A DNA stretch of 64,000 bases from a virus: the IMG/VR virus record IMGVR_UViG_3300019360_000001; one strand, 5' to 3'. Of this stretch, positions 19,529-30,734 are shown one piece after another. Every line of letters starts with the position of its first letter. The first letter of the stretch is position 1. The translations under genes and the position numbers were made by a program. A model generated the notes under the pieces. It did not search any database. It saw only the letters and a list, made by a program, of their open reading frames with translations, and was not told where the DNA came from.

Positions 19529-21028
19529 TATGCTTTTTCTTTTATGAAAAAATCTAAACAAAACATTTCAAATTCAAACTCTAAAAGCAACAAGTCTGCT
19601 AAATATTTTAATTCCCTTTTCTCCCACGGACTAGAAACTTTTTGCATTAAATCTAATGCCGAATTAATTAATTGCTTTGGGGTATTTATATTTTTAAAAG
19701 CCGTTGAGTATTTTTGCTCTGCCAGTAATTCATATAATAGATTGGCAAATTTATATGTAGAATCAGGCTTTCTTTCTTTTACCGCACTTAAATAATAGAT
19801 GAAGCTTTCCATTTTAGGCTTTATTTACATGAAAAATGTAATCAGGCGTAAAGTCTATAACCTTTAATTTCCGATTATGAAAAACAAGATTACGACAATG
19901 ATGATCTAATAATTCTATTCCATATTTTTCTCTTAAAAGCTTATTAATTTTAAGCCAATTGTACCAAACTGAAAATATGTACCATATGAACCAAATTTAC
20001 GTTTAGATTTTGTATCAACCGTATTTATTTTTCGTATTTTATCTTTAATAGTCATATTTAAAATGGCAGGGCCCAATTAAGGGCCCAACCATTATATCAG
20101 TGTCGGTTTTTAATTATCCGTTAATTTTGCTTTGCAAATCTGCAACAAGAGCCTTTTTCTTTTCTAGTTGCTTGACTAGTTCATCACGATTTGCTCGTTC
20201 GGCAACGATTAGTTGCTCCAAAAGAATTCTGAGAGTTGCTAACTTTGTTTCGTTGATTTGTAGATGTTCTCTCTGGCGTTCAACTACGCCTAATAGATTA
20301 TTGATTTGCTTTTCCGTGCCTAGAACCGTTGGCTTTCGCCCTTTACGCTTTTCTTGTGACATTACTAAATCCTTTCCGCCCATAAAAGGGCTTACTCTTT
20401 AACCCATTCTCCTAGATTGTGATTATCTCTAAGTCTTGAAACATACATTCCAAGATATTCATCCGGAGTTGATCTAATCATAGTTTCTTCGTAATTCTTT
20501 TTTGGATTTCCATCTGCGTCAAGTTTCATAGTCCAAGTTCGGCCCTTCATCATTGGGGCATTTCTTGGATAGTGCTTTTTTGAATCAAACTTTATTGCGG
20601 TTTCTTTTGTATTTGTAATGGTCATTTTAATACCTTACTGGTTTCAAGTTAAGCCCAAGCTCCCTAGAAAGCTTTTGGGCTGTTTTCTCACAAATCCATA
20701 ACTCAAATGTTCCATCATGTGTAGTTAGAATGTATTTTCGCATAATTTACCTCTTAATCATGATTGGCCTTTCTAAAATATTTATTCCATTATTCATTCA
20801 TGGCCTCATTACAACTCCTTTTGGAAGGGCAAATAGTTAAACTTTCACAACCATTTTTTGCCTCATTATATTGAGGATGATTCTTATTCCATGTACCATT
20901 TTGTGGCGAATAACAAGTTCCAACAGCAAACTCAATAGGATCTTCAATTCCACATTCCAGACAATATGCTCCTGGATAACCAGACCATCTATGTGATTGC
21001 CAATTTTTAATTATCTGTTGTTCCATAA

Positions 21029-21391
21029 TTAGTCTATCCATTTTGTCCATACGCCATCTTTAAAAACTTCGATCTTTAAATTTTCTGGACTCATAGACTC
21101 TTCAACTTCTTGTTCAACGGTTTTTTTATTGAGTATTTCATAAACCTTTCTATGCCACCATATCTTAAACTTTGGATTATTTACTAGCGTATTAAGAGCA
21201 TCTTTGATATTTCGACTTTTTTCTCTGTGATTTTGCCCGGTACTTCTTGCTCCGCTTTCAGGATGATGTATTCTTACACAATTTTTACATTTATTTCTAT
21301 GTTGGCCTCCCGGACCATGGCCAGAAAAATAACTTATTTCTAGATCATTTTTTGACACTGTAAATAGCAATTCTTTTTTTGGGCTATTCAT
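21029..21391 (-). CDS. GGQ peptidyl-tRNA hydrolase / release-factor-like protein (ArfB-like)
   Basis: SGHGPGGQHRNK..VRIHHPESG; stand-alone RF-1 domain. Confidence 0.85.
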   Translation of the reverse strand: MNSPKKELLFTVSKNDLEISYFSGHGPGGQHRNKCKNCVRIHHPESGARSTGQNHREKSRNIKDALNTLVNNPKFKIWWHRKVYEILNKKTVEQEVEESMSPENLKIEVFKDGVWTKWID

Positions 21392-21705
21392 CGATTATAG
21401 TAGATCCCATCCATTCTATTTGGGTCTGAAAAAGAAGTTCTTTGGAAAAGATAATCATGCTCTGGTTTTCTTTGCCAACTAGTTATTTTTTTTGCCCATT
21501 GAATACGTACAAAATCTGATGATGACTCAATAATTGTTCCATTTATATGCAAATCGCCTTTTTTATAAATTACTTTATCGCCAATCACTAGTTTTGTTTT
21601 ATAATTCATAAAAAATGGTAGACCGGCTTGGTAATGCTCCAAGTGGAACTGAGATATAAGCTCAGTGGATGGACTTCCTTCCTCCCGGTCTACTATTATA
21701 TCCAC
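21388..21705 (-). CDS. SH3-like protein, GIYY-tag family (ends DGIYYNR)
   Basis: IGDKV...GTIIE...VRIQW plus tag. Confidence 0.72.
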   Translation of the reverse strand: MDIIVDREEGSPSTELISQFHLEHYQAGLPFFMNYKTKLVIGDKVIYKKGDLHINGTIIESSSDFVRIQWAKKITSWQRKPEHDYLFQRTSFSDPNRMDGIYYNR

Positions 21706-21858
21706 TTAAGGATATTATTTATTTTTTATCTTTTCGTAAGTTTATATGAAACTTCGGCCAAATAACAGGAAACATCGGTATCATCACTGGCTTTTTTATC
21801 TTTACGTTTTCGCCTACATTTTTTGACGCACTCTCCATAATTAATATAATACTCCCTT

Positions 21859-22055
21859 TTAAATTTTGGCTTCATATTTGATCCAATCATCACAAGACAG
21901 TTCAATACAATGTAAACTGTTTCTGTTAGTGTGATTGCTCAGTTGTAAATTAATAGACCCGTCTTCTTTGATTTCAACGAAACATTCTCCATTAGTTTGG
22001 GTCCAGCTTTTTTTGGTTATCTTTTTGAACTTTCTTGCTGCTTCAATGAATGTAT
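21859..22055 (-). pseudogene. start-less paralog of DUF2829/Tad2-like gene
   Basis: Frame TFIEAARKFKKITKKSW...CDDWIKYEAKI*; TAAT-ACATTC looks like TAATG-ACATTC with the G lost. Confidence 0.45.
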
Positions 22056-22321
22056 TAAAATACAGTCAAATCACAAGTTAAGAAAGTGTATGTTTCTATA
22101 TACTCTTGCCAATCAAGAGCCAACAAATCACTAATAGGGATTATTGCTACACAACTCGAATCGTATGTCTTATTACCATCTCTAGTGACAAAAGAATATT
22201 GCCAATAACTAGGACTACAAGGCATAGTTAAGCAATATTTGCCAACTAAAATATATTGGCTATCTGGCCAAACTACTCTTTTAATTTTCTTGTACAGAGA
22301 AATTGCATCGCAAAAATTCAT
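22055..22321 (-). CDS. DUF2829 / Tad2-like protein
   Basis: MNF.DA...KKIKR..W and DLLALDW ends typical of the family. Confidence 0.55.
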   Translation of the reverse strand: MNFCDAISLYKKIKRVVWPDSQYILVGKYCLTMPCSPSYWQYSFVTRDGNKTYDSSCVAIIPISDLLALDWQEYIETYTFLTCDLTVF

Positions 22322-23335
22322 TAATCCTCCAGTTCACTAAATGGCAAATCTTCATCTAAATCATCGGGTTCTTCATCCATGTCCATTTGTCTTTCTTCTT
22401 CGTTTCGCCAAAGTTCTTCGATTTCTTCATCTGACAAAAGATCTGGTCCTAGATCTTTCATCATCTCATCAATCATATTTTCATCTCTTTCGACGAGTTC
22501 ATCCGGATCATAGTTTTCATCTGACTCTGTATCAATCATTTTATTTCCTTTCATAAAAGAATTTCTACAATTTCCCTATTGTTTCTTTGGTCTACAATTC
22601 TACCTCCTAGTATTTGTGTTTCTGGAAATCTTTGTTTGATGTTTTCGTTTAGACCTCCCGGGTTTAGGCTATTAATATAAGATTCAATATATATAGCTAA
22701 ATTTATATCGTTAGGATTTCCGTTTAGTTTTGGATCCCACTTTGAACAACCAAAGTAGCATCCAGAAGTATAAAGTTCTACTCTATATTTATAGTCAAGT
22801 TTCATTTAATCACAACTTGCGTAACAATGCCAAGTTGCAACGAAAAGTTTATTAGAAACTTCTTTGCAATCAAAACAATAAAATCCATAGCCAACATGAT
22901 TATAACCTAATTCGCATTGTGATTCTATTGCCTCTGACTTTTTAACTGGCTTATCTGATTCAATTTTAAAAAAAATTTGTCCACCAGTTCCATTTCCTAT
23001 TTGGCTAGTAATTTTTGCCTTCACTTTGTTCTCCTGATTATTTTTACTTGTCCTTTATAGGAAACAAATACCCACATGAATTGTGATTTGACCAGTTTTA
23101 TTACTTTCATTTCAAAAATTAAATCCTTATCTATTTTTTACAAAAACAATTTTTTTCTTAAACTCTCTATCAGAAAGAGATGAATTACATTTATTGCATT
23201 GTTTTATTTGGATAGTATATGTTGGAATATATTCTACGAACCAAGTTTGACCGCATATTAAACACGGAACTTTTGCTAATGGCAACGCATGCTTAGAAAA
23301 AGAAAATATTTGTTGCATTTTTCCTCTTTAAAATT

Positions 23336-23399
23336 CCGCCCCGGACTTATATTTAGTTCCCTCGACCCTAATTAAGGAGTTCATAATAGTCCAGGGCGG
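23336..23399 (-). other. GC-rich intergenic long hairpin
   Basis: CCGCCCTGGACT...AGTCCGGGGCGG inverted repeat closing a 40-nt inner segment. Confidence 0.6.
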
Positions 23400-23920
23400 A
23401 CAAATGTAATGTTATCTTCGTGTTTCAACTACACCAATATCTCTATTGTGTTGGTAAATCTTTAAACAATTTGGGCATTCTTTTACTGTCTTCCCTAATC
23501 TCAGGCCTCGATAGTTGGGATGGGATGGGCATGGTCCTACGGTAGATTTGCCGTTCGCCTGAGCCCCTATGGGCTTCTCCGTAGGCTTCTCAGTTGTCGA
23601 TACGGTTCCCTCGATAGGTTCCGGACCTCCGGTTTCGACAGATTTTTCTTTTAACTTATCGTCAATTCTCTTTTGCATTTCTTCAATTCTTTTATTTGTT
23701 TGGCGCAAAGTCTTCTGGATATCTTCTTCAAATTCTCTCTGTACATCATCATCTTTTGCCTCAATATGCTCTTTTGGATTAAAAGGAGGAATATCTTTTG
23801 CGCCTTCCCCTTGTTCTATTCCTGTAATAAAATATTTGATGTCTTCAGGATTCCAATCGTTCGGAATAGGAAGTTTTAAGTGTTTGCCTTTGTGACAAGT
23901 GTAAAAGTACATTGTACTCC

Positions 23921-24274
23921 TTAGCTTATAAAATAAAGCCCAAAATGCTTTCGATGTATTTTATACAATAATTCGCCCACCAAAACTGATGGATTATAAC
24001 ATAATCCACAAAGTTTAATCACATCAAATATTTCTTTTTTAATGCATTTGCCACAAATTAAACAGCTTGGTTTATACACCTTTCTTATATTGGAATGGGA
24101 AAAAACCTCTGCTATTTTACAATAGCATACATAACAATGCATGTGTGTATTGATATCAGCATGATAAAATGCTGTATTTTCTCCGCAAGAACATTTATTC
24201 AATGTTTTTCCTTTTCTATAGACGAAAATGTTCCTAGTTACATCATAATTTATAGTAAACATCCTTTCTAGCAT
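23921..24274 (-). CDS. Cys-rich protein, GIYY-tag family (ends FGLYFIS)
   Basis: CxC plus CxxC pairs plus tag; true start probably downstream. Confidence 0.75.
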   Translation of the reverse strand: MLERMFTINYDVTRNIFVYRKGKTLNKCSCGENTAFYHADINTHMHCYVCYCKIAEVFSHSNIRKVYKPSCLICGKCIKKEIFDVIKLCGLCYNPSVLVGELLYKIHRKHFGLYFIS

Positions 24275-24473
24275 TTTTCCATTTTTCTATTAATATTTCA
24301 CTAGGAATTAATTCTTTAGAAGCACAAGCAGTACAAAACACGAGATAATAAAGTGGAATATTTTTTTCACATATTAAACACACTTTGATAAGATTTTTTT
24401 GTTTTAAAGCTAAAAGTGCATCAGAACAATTGTAGCAATAACGCCCAGTTTTATAGCAATAACATTTATTCAT
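24243..24473 (-). CDS. Cys-rich protein, GIYY-tag family (ends KDVYYKL)
   Basis: CxC plus three CxxC plus tag. Confidence 0.78.
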   Translation of the reverse strand: MNKCYCYKTGRYCYNCSDALLALKQKNLIKVCLICEKNIPLYYLVFCTACASKELIPSEILIEKWKNARKDVYYKL

Positions 24474-24483
24474 ATTTATTAAT

Positions 24484-24560
24484 TGGTAGCTCCGGTCAGA
24501 TTTGAACTGACACTAACATCCTTTTAAGAGATGTGCCTCTGCCAATTGGGCTACGGAGCC
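24484..24560 (-). tRNA. tRNA-Leu(UAA), short variable loop, encoded CCA
   Basis: GGCTCCG acceptor; CATCT-CTTAAAA-GGATG anticodon arm; GTCAG-TTCAAAT-CTGAC T arm; A73-CCA. Confidence 0.9.
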
Positions 24561-24633
24561 ATATAAATCTCTGAATCATTCAAATCATCTTAGCAAAAAT
24601 TTCATCATTCGGGGCAGAATTCGACTCCGTTAA

Positions 24634-24662
24634 AGTATACCATGGGAGCCTTATCCAGTCAA
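24634..24662 (-). promoter_or_regulatory. sigma-70 promoter TTGACT-17-TATACT upstream of tRNA
   Basis: TTGACTggataaggctcccatggTATACT; shares CATGG before -10 with two other promoters. Confidence 0.75.
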
Positions 24663-24687
24663 GGGATTTCACAAGTCGTTTCCACGT

Positions 24688-24951
24688 TTAGACTTGAGGA
24701 ATAAAGCCCAGTATATTATCAATTTCTTCTTCTTGAATTTGCTCTACATTTATATTATTATTTCTGGCCAAATCTTTAAACCACTTATTTATATGTCTTG
24801 AAGTGGTTACTGATTTAAATAGTGCCAATTTGTAATATTTTCCACTTTCCCTGTTTCAAAATGCAACTGGTTTACCATAAGAAAAAAGAATACTTAGATG
24901 GCCAATTTCAACTTCTATGGCAGTTTTTGAGTTTAATTTAGTAACTTTCAT
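24688..24951 (-). pseudogene. conserved phage hypothetical gene interrupted by in-frame TGA
   Basis: MKVTK...LFSYGKPVAF*NRESG...SVTTSRHINKW; TGA at 24856-24858, frame open on both sides. Confidence 0.6.
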
Positions 24952-26119
24952 TTTTCTACCAAAGTAAATTGCCTACAGCATCTATTACAAGTAAAAATTT
25001 CAGAAACGTCATTTAATATAAGTGTTCCAACACGACAAAACCTACAAATTGAACACTTTAATTTTTTCTCAAACTTTTCCTCGAATTCTTTCCTCGCTTC
25101 ATCTTCTCCTTCGCAACGTCCTAGATGATAAGAATCTTGTTTTTCTGTTTCTATTCTATTATTTATTTCGTCTATAATATCATTGAAAACATATTTAAGA
25201 TTTTCAATAATATGTTCATAAAGCTCTTTTGCTAATGTTGGCGAAAATTTTTGCTCTTTGAAATATATGTTATCGTATACTGTATGTTGAAAATCATTAA
25301 TAGTCTGAATAATGAATTCATTAATACGTTTGATCATATCTTCTGGATACATTAGTATTTTCCCTCATCAAGAATTTCATCGTATATTAGCCTAGCATTA
25401 TCCGGGCTAATTCCTAATGCAATAAAAAATCCTATGGCAATTGATTCAGGGTCCAAATTGCCTTCGGGATCTACTTCCTTAGATTTCTTATAGATTTGCT
25501 TGCACCACAAATCTTTTGCTTGTTCGTTAGTCACGTTACACCCAAAATAAAAGCAAATAAAGGCAAAGAATAATTAAAACTTTAGCCACAAATACAGTCA
25601 AGTACTTTGTCATTTTTGTCCTTTTCTAAGGCTTATATATAAACACCAGAGTTTTATGTATCTCATGTTTGCCTTTCCATTCAAAACTTTGTGAAACTTA
25701 TTTCTATTACATCTTCCCAAGGAATCCAAACATGAATTAAATTTCCTGCACTACATTGATATTCGATGCTGATTTCTTCTTCCATTATGTCACAAACATA
25801 ACCGCCATTCGTATAAGAACTTTTTACATTTACGTAACACATATTTCCCTCACTTGGTTTCTTCTTCGGTCAAAGAAAGAAAAAACAAATTTAGTTCGTC
25901 AATAGCATCGTGGTGATAAAGCCCATGTTTGATAGGAACTCTTACTTTTTCTGGATATCTTTTCCAGGTTTTTGGTTTGCCTGAAACTCGCCATTTTTGC
26001 CTTTTTCCCTTAGAGTTACGATTGACGACATGATAAAGGATTTGACCATAAATCAATCCCTTGGCTTGCTCTAAAGTAAGCATAAATTCTCCCTTAAATC
26101 CCAATGCATTTATTAGCTC

Positions 26120-26326
26120 TTATAACCAGTGATAAAGTCCATTCATTTTTTTTGAATAATAACTGACAGGTAAAAATTTTCTAATGCATATATCACATAA
26201 AAAATAATTACAGTTTATTTTACAATCTATACATTTCCAATCATTGGAATGCCAAAATATATCCCATAACGTACTGGAGCATTTGTAACAATGAACAAAA
26301 TCTTCACACTTATTACAATTATTCAT
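26120..26326 (-). CDS. Cys-rich protein, GIYY-tag family (ends NGLYHWL)
   Basis: Paralog of 1731..1979 (RKFLP..YY..KM.G.Y). Confidence 0.78.
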   Translation of the reverse strand: MNNCNKCEDFVHCYKCSSTLWDIFWHSNDWKCIDCKINCNYFLCDICIRKFLPVSYYSKKMNGLYHWL

Positions 26327-26559
26327 ATTATATAGTAAATCCCTTTTAATTTGCCACTATAATATGTTAGTGGCAAGTTTTTCTTGTAACAAGACGAACA
26401 TAAAATATGATCGCCATACATGTTTTTAATGCCACAATTTAAGCAAATTGTATCTTCATCAAAAAACCTCGCTTCATGAATTGTAACTAGATGGTTCCAA
26501 CAATAATCGCAATAGTTTGCATTGTTATTTAAAATATTGTTCCCACAAGTGCATTTCAT
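26323..26559 (-). CDS. Cys-rich protein, GIYY-tag family (ends KGIYYII)
   Basis: Paralog of 1976..2227. Confidence 0.8.
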   Translation of the reverse strand: MKCTCGNNILNNNANYCDYCWNHLVTIHEARFFDEDTICLNCGIKNMYGDHILCSSCYKKNLPLTYYSGKLKGIYYII

Positions 26560-27353
26560 ATAATAAATCCAGTTGAATCTTTGGCATGTCCCTTTACGGA
26601 CAGACCTATTATAATTCCTTTTTTGTCAAGTGGTCTAAAGTCTATTAGATCACCATTAACAACTTCATATCCCAAATAACCATTTTTAATTGCCGACTCA
26701 TGGTCTTTAAATACCATGGCGACATTTTTGCCTGCATTTAATATTCTTTTGCAAGTTTCTTCATTGTCTTCTGACCTAGAAAAAGTCAAATGATAATTTG
26801 TTGGCAAAACTTTGTAAAGTCTGCTTTCTATTTTCGTATAATCGTAAAATGCTATGTCAGGAAATTCTGTAAACAATTCAGGCATTATTTCTTCATACAG
26901 AATATCCGAAGTTCCATTTAATCTCACGGATCCTTTTAGACCTAATGATTTTGCCCTAGTTCTAAACTTATATAATTCGTCCATTAACATTTTCTTAAAC
27001 AAATCACGTCTATAGACGAACAATAAAGTTTTCCAAGCCTTTGAATTTCTGCCTGTTGTAACTCTTAGTCTGTAGGACTTTATTCCTAAACAGGCAAGAG
27101 AACATCCAAGAGATGCAAATGGGCAAATATTTCGGCCACCATAAGTAATTGACTCAGATGAAGGCGCAAGATAAACAATAGACGTTAAGAATCCTCTTTT
27201 TAGATTCTTTTGAACTTTTGTTGAAGTTCCAAGGATATTAATTTTTGCAGTAGGAAATCTAATGCGCCTTGCCCTGTATAATTGTCCTTTCGTAATCCTA
27301 TTGGCCTTATAGGCCTTTATTACTTCGTGCATTACTAGTTTACGTAAATTCAT
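26556..27353 (-). CDS. phage gp88-like protein
   Basis: CPFASLGCSLACL, RLNGTSDI, FYDYTK, NYHLTFS, GD..DFRPLD. Confidence 0.75.
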   Translation of the reverse strand: MNLRKLVMHEVIKAYKANRITKGQLYRARRIRFPTAKINILGTSTKVQKNLKRGFLTSIVYLAPSSESITYGGRNICPFASLGCSLACLGIKSYRLRVTTGRNSKAWKTLLFVYRRDLFKKMLMDELYKFRTRAKSLGLKGSVRLNGTSDILYEEIMPELFTEFPDIAFYDYTKIESRLYKVLPTNYHLTFSRSEDNEETCKRILNAGKNVAMVFKDHESAIKNGYLGYEVVNGDLIDFRPLDKKGIIIGLSVKGHAKDSTGFII

Positions 27354-27366
27354 ATTCTCCTATTAG

Positions 27367-27990
27367 TTAAATATCTATATATTCTAACTCATTCAAACAA
27401 ATAAACTTAGTGCCCTTAATGTTTACTGTTAATGATTTATGCCAATGGCCAAAAATATGTAATTTCGGCCTATGAAATTCAAACATCGCTTGTAATAGTT
27501 GCCCCGTCCTAGTTTTAATAATCTTTTTGCCCAAAATCCCAATTCCATTGTTTACCATGAAGTCTTTTACTTCGTCCGGACAATCATGGGACAGCATAAT
27601 ATCAGGTTTTGCGTTTTTGTAAGATTCAAGTGCCCAATAAGAACTTTCCATTGAAAGTTCTTCTGTCGGCCACCAATCTATTCCTTCTTTTCTAAAGCTT
27701 TTATCAATTGAAAAAGCCCCACGAACAAAGAAAAATTCTACGCCACCCCTTATTAAATGTCCATAATCCCCCATGGCATTTGGACAATCATTATAAAGAT
27801 AATAATTTTCGTGGTTTCCAGCGAAAAACCTATGATTATTTCGACTCAACTTATAATGTTCAAAATGCTCGTATGAAAGTCCATGATCTCCGATTTGAAC
27901 TGTAAAATAACCTTTTTGTTCTGCATCTTGACAGATTTTGACATAATCTTTATATTTCCCGTGAACATCACCAATTATACGCAAAGTCAT
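27367..27990 (-). CDS. calcineurin-like metallophosphoesterase
   Basis: GDVHG, GDHG, GNHE, SHDCP, GHWH. Confidence 0.88.
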   Translation of the reverse strand: MTLRIIGDVHGKYKDYVKICQDAEQKGYFTVQIGDHGLSYEHFEHYKLSRNNHRFFAGNHENYYLYNDCPNAMGDYGHLIRGGVEFFFVRGAFSIDKSFRKEGIDWWPTEELSMESSYWALESYKNAKPDIMLSHDCPDEVKDFMVNNGIGILGKKIIKTRTGQLLQAMFEFHRPKLHIFGHWHKSLTVNIKGTKFICLNELEYIDI

Positions 27991-28018
27991 TTTACATGCC
28001 TCCATTATTCTAAGCATT

Positions 28019-28369
28019 TTACAATGTGTAATAAATATCGTCCATTTGTGAAATTCTTTCGGCAGCTCTTTTAAGAATGCAAACTCTATCAGAAGCAGAT
28101 GATCCTTTGGGCCAATTATGTACATTACCAAGTTGAAATTGGCCATATTTAATAGGACATGTAATTTCTGCCCATCCATCCCAAATATTTAATGGAATAT
28201 TATTAAAATTTTGGTCAATCTTATACTTATCCCTTATTAATTTTCTAGGCATTTTAATTATTCTTGCAACTTTAGCTAATCCTCCCATTTGCTCAATGAA
28301 AGAATCATCCTTTGCATTAAAATTTTCGTTCATATAGAATTTTATTGAGGATTTCATGAACTTGCTCAA
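28019..28369 (-). CDS. hypothetical protein, GIYY-tag family (ends DDIYYTL)
   Basis: IPLNIWD...VCILKRAA body plus tag. Confidence 0.7.
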   Translation of the reverse strand: MSKFMKSSIKFYMNENFNAKDDSFIEQMGGLAKVARIIKMPRKLIRDKYKIDQNFNNIPLNIWDGWAEITCPIKYGQFQLGNVHNWPKGSSASDRVCILKRAAERISQMDDIYYTL

Positions 28370-28592
28370 ATGTCACAATTTATTATACATCTTCTGTTAT
28401 TGCTATTTCCTGGTTATCTTGTAGAATGTTAGCTTTGCGCAACATATCATCAATCTCCATTACCATTTCGATGGAATCTGATTTCACTTTGATTTGGTCA
28501 ACGATTTCGTTATTCACTATTAGCGAAATGTATTTCATTTTTTCCTCCATTTAATATTTTACTTGGTTTCCCAATTTCCGTTAATATCTTGT

Positions 28593-29063
28593 TCAGTCAA
28601 AAAGATCAAAAAAACAAGTGTAAATGGAATCTAAAACCCAAAGATAATCCTTATGATGAATTCCTGTAAGTCTTTCCCTAAAAACAACATAATGTGCAAG
28701 TTCATGAAGTAAAACTCTAAGGTTAATATGATTGCACTGAATAACAATATTCTTACCAGCGCAATAACCTGAAACTAATCCACCAACATTAATATACTGA
28801 TAAAGATGTGGATTTCTCTTGACTCCCAAAGATGAACAAATACGATTGCAAATTAGCTTAGCTTCTGTCAAATCCTTGGGATATATATGTTTGGAAAGTC
28901 TATTAGAATGCTTTGCTTCAATCTTTCTACATTCCCCATATTCTTTTTCGTTTTCATCCTTGTACTTTTTCAAGGCAACATAATCCCAAATAGGAGGAAG
29001 CTTTACAATAGGTTTAGGAATTACTTTGAATTCAAAATTCCTAGTTTTCTTGTAAGTTTTCAT
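28593..29063 (-). CDS. HExxH zincin-like (SprT-like) protein
   Basis: LLHELAHY...HH; start MKTYKK downstream of promoter. Confidence 0.6.
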   Translation of the reverse strand: MKTYKKTRNFEFKVIPKPIVKLPPIWDYVALKKYKDENEKEYGECRKIEAKHSNRLSKHIYPKDLTEAKLICNRICSSLGVKRNPHLYQYINVGGLVSGYCAGKNIVIQCNHINLRVLLHELAHYVVFRERLTGIHHKDYLWVLDSIYTCFFDLFD

Positions 29064-29104
29064 CGGATACAATTTCCGGCCCAACTCAAATTCTGATTCC
29101 GGAC

Positions 29105-29133
29105 AGTATACCATGCGCCTTCGATTCTGTCAA
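29105..29133 (-). promoter_or_regulatory. sigma-70 promoter TTGACA-17-TATACT
   Basis: TTGACAgaatcgaaggcgcatggTATACT, near-copy of the 13014..13042 promoter. Confidence 0.82.
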
Positions 29134-30031
29134 GTTTACACAAGTGCTTAAGGCGCCTAGACTTGCGATAATAAAGTTAAACCCAATAAATAAATATGTT
29201 TTTGCGTTTTCTCCTAGCAGAATCACCATTCCAGAAGTTAATAAGTTCATAAATTTTCTTGGCATCGGCAAGATAAACCGTTTTCTTGCCTCTATGTTGA
29301 GTATTCCCATAATATTTCCAGTTATAAACTACTGGAACAAAGTGTTTTGGCCTAATAAGTTCATCTTCAAAGTAATATTCAAACGGTGCATACATAATTT
29401 AAGTTTCACTCCATAACAATTTGGGCCAAATTTCCGTGTTTATCCTTCTTCATAAGAAGGATCTGACCAAATATAATTTTCCATCGGAGTTTCGATGAAA
29501 AACTCATTGCCAAAACTCCAAGTAAATTCACCAAACAACTCAAATACTTCGTTCATTTCCAATTTTCTTTATTAAATTCCCTCGGCACGTTTTTTTCGGC
29601 CGACTCTAATGAATTTTTGCCCCTATATTCCATTTCTTTTTGTTTTATAAGTCTAGCAATTGTTTGACAGGCCTAACATTTGATTTGTTTGCTAAACCCA
29701 ACGTTTGTTAGTTCGACCTAGCAATTGTTTGTTGTGACTAGTGGCTAAAAATTAGCTATTTTTCACTGTCATTTTGGCATATTCCATTCAAAGCGAATGC
29801 TGCCCATTAGGGCGCCTTTGGTCTAGTTTGCTCACGATAGACCATTCTGCCGTTCAGCTCGCAGCTCGGAGACAGATAGGCGCCTTCCTTTGGCATTCTC
29901 TTGCGAGTTCACATGGCGAAATGGCCATGGGCAGTAGGCATGGCCATGGTGTACGTAGTAGGGGGAAGCAATGTCAAAATTTGATTTTTCCATTTATTGG
30001 AAACCTGTACAAAAATTTGACATCGAATGGC

Positions 30032-30075
30032 AAAAAAAATAGAAGAGAATTCCAGGAATACCGAATTCTCCTCTA
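30032..30075 (-). terminator. intrinsic terminator
   Basis: TAGAGGAGAATTC...GAATTCTCTTCTA hairpin followed by a T run on the - strand. Confidence 0.65.
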
Positions 30076-30361
30076 ACCATCGAAAAAATAAGGCCTAATA
30101 GCCTAGGCCGTTTGTGTTGGGTTAAAAATGCGCCCGAAAATCTTTATGGATTTCCGGTTCTTGTTGGCACAAGCATGCGATTTGTTAGGGCTTGCCTTGC
30201 CCCTTTTTGTCCGCAACGTAGGCGCAAATCGTGAAAAGGGCTGAAGATACAAAAACTTATGGGTTAATATGTATTGGCCTCTTCAGTATCCGCTTCACGG
30301 ATAAACAAAGGGACGGTATACCGTCCCAGTGTTTCGGCCTGTCTTCTGTAATTTTATAGTC

Positions 30362-30661
30362 TTACGAAATTCGGGCCAACATCTCCTCAAGTTGCTTGAC
30401 CTTGGCGATTTGCTTCTCCAGTCGGGCCCGGAGCTGTTCGGGGTTTTCGGATGCCGTTCCTTCGCCTTCGTATTCTCCGCTGGCGTCCAATTCGGCCTTT
30501 CGAGTCTGCAGATATTCGAGCCGCTCTTGCCATTCGAGTAGCATGCGCTCGTTGCTGGCGATCCGGTCTTGCGCTTCCCGAATGTGCGCAATCAATGCAC
30601 TCCGGGAAAATCGCCGACCTCGCCTAGCGATGGTTTCGATTTTTTCCGTGACTACTGACAT
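30362..30661 (-). CDS. coiled-coil hypothetical protein (GC-richer island)
   Basis: AAAGGA SD before MSVVTEK; heptad pattern. Confidence 0.7.
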   Translation of the reverse strand: MSVVTEKIETIARRGRRFSRSALIAHIREAQDRIASNERMLLEWQERLEYLQTRKAELDASGEYEGEGTASENPEQLRARLEKQIAKVKQLEEMLARIS

Positions 30662-30719
30662 GTGGATCCTTTCTGGGCTTTTCGCCCTAAGTTGTTTATT
30701 TTCCTTCAAAAAGGGTTAA

Positions 30720-30734
30720 GCATGTGCAATGCCA
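30720..30734 (-). promoter_or_regulatory. sigma-54-like -24/-12 promoter
   Basis: TGGCATTGCACATGC (GG-N10-GC); palindrome at 30751-30775 upstream. Confidence 0.6.
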
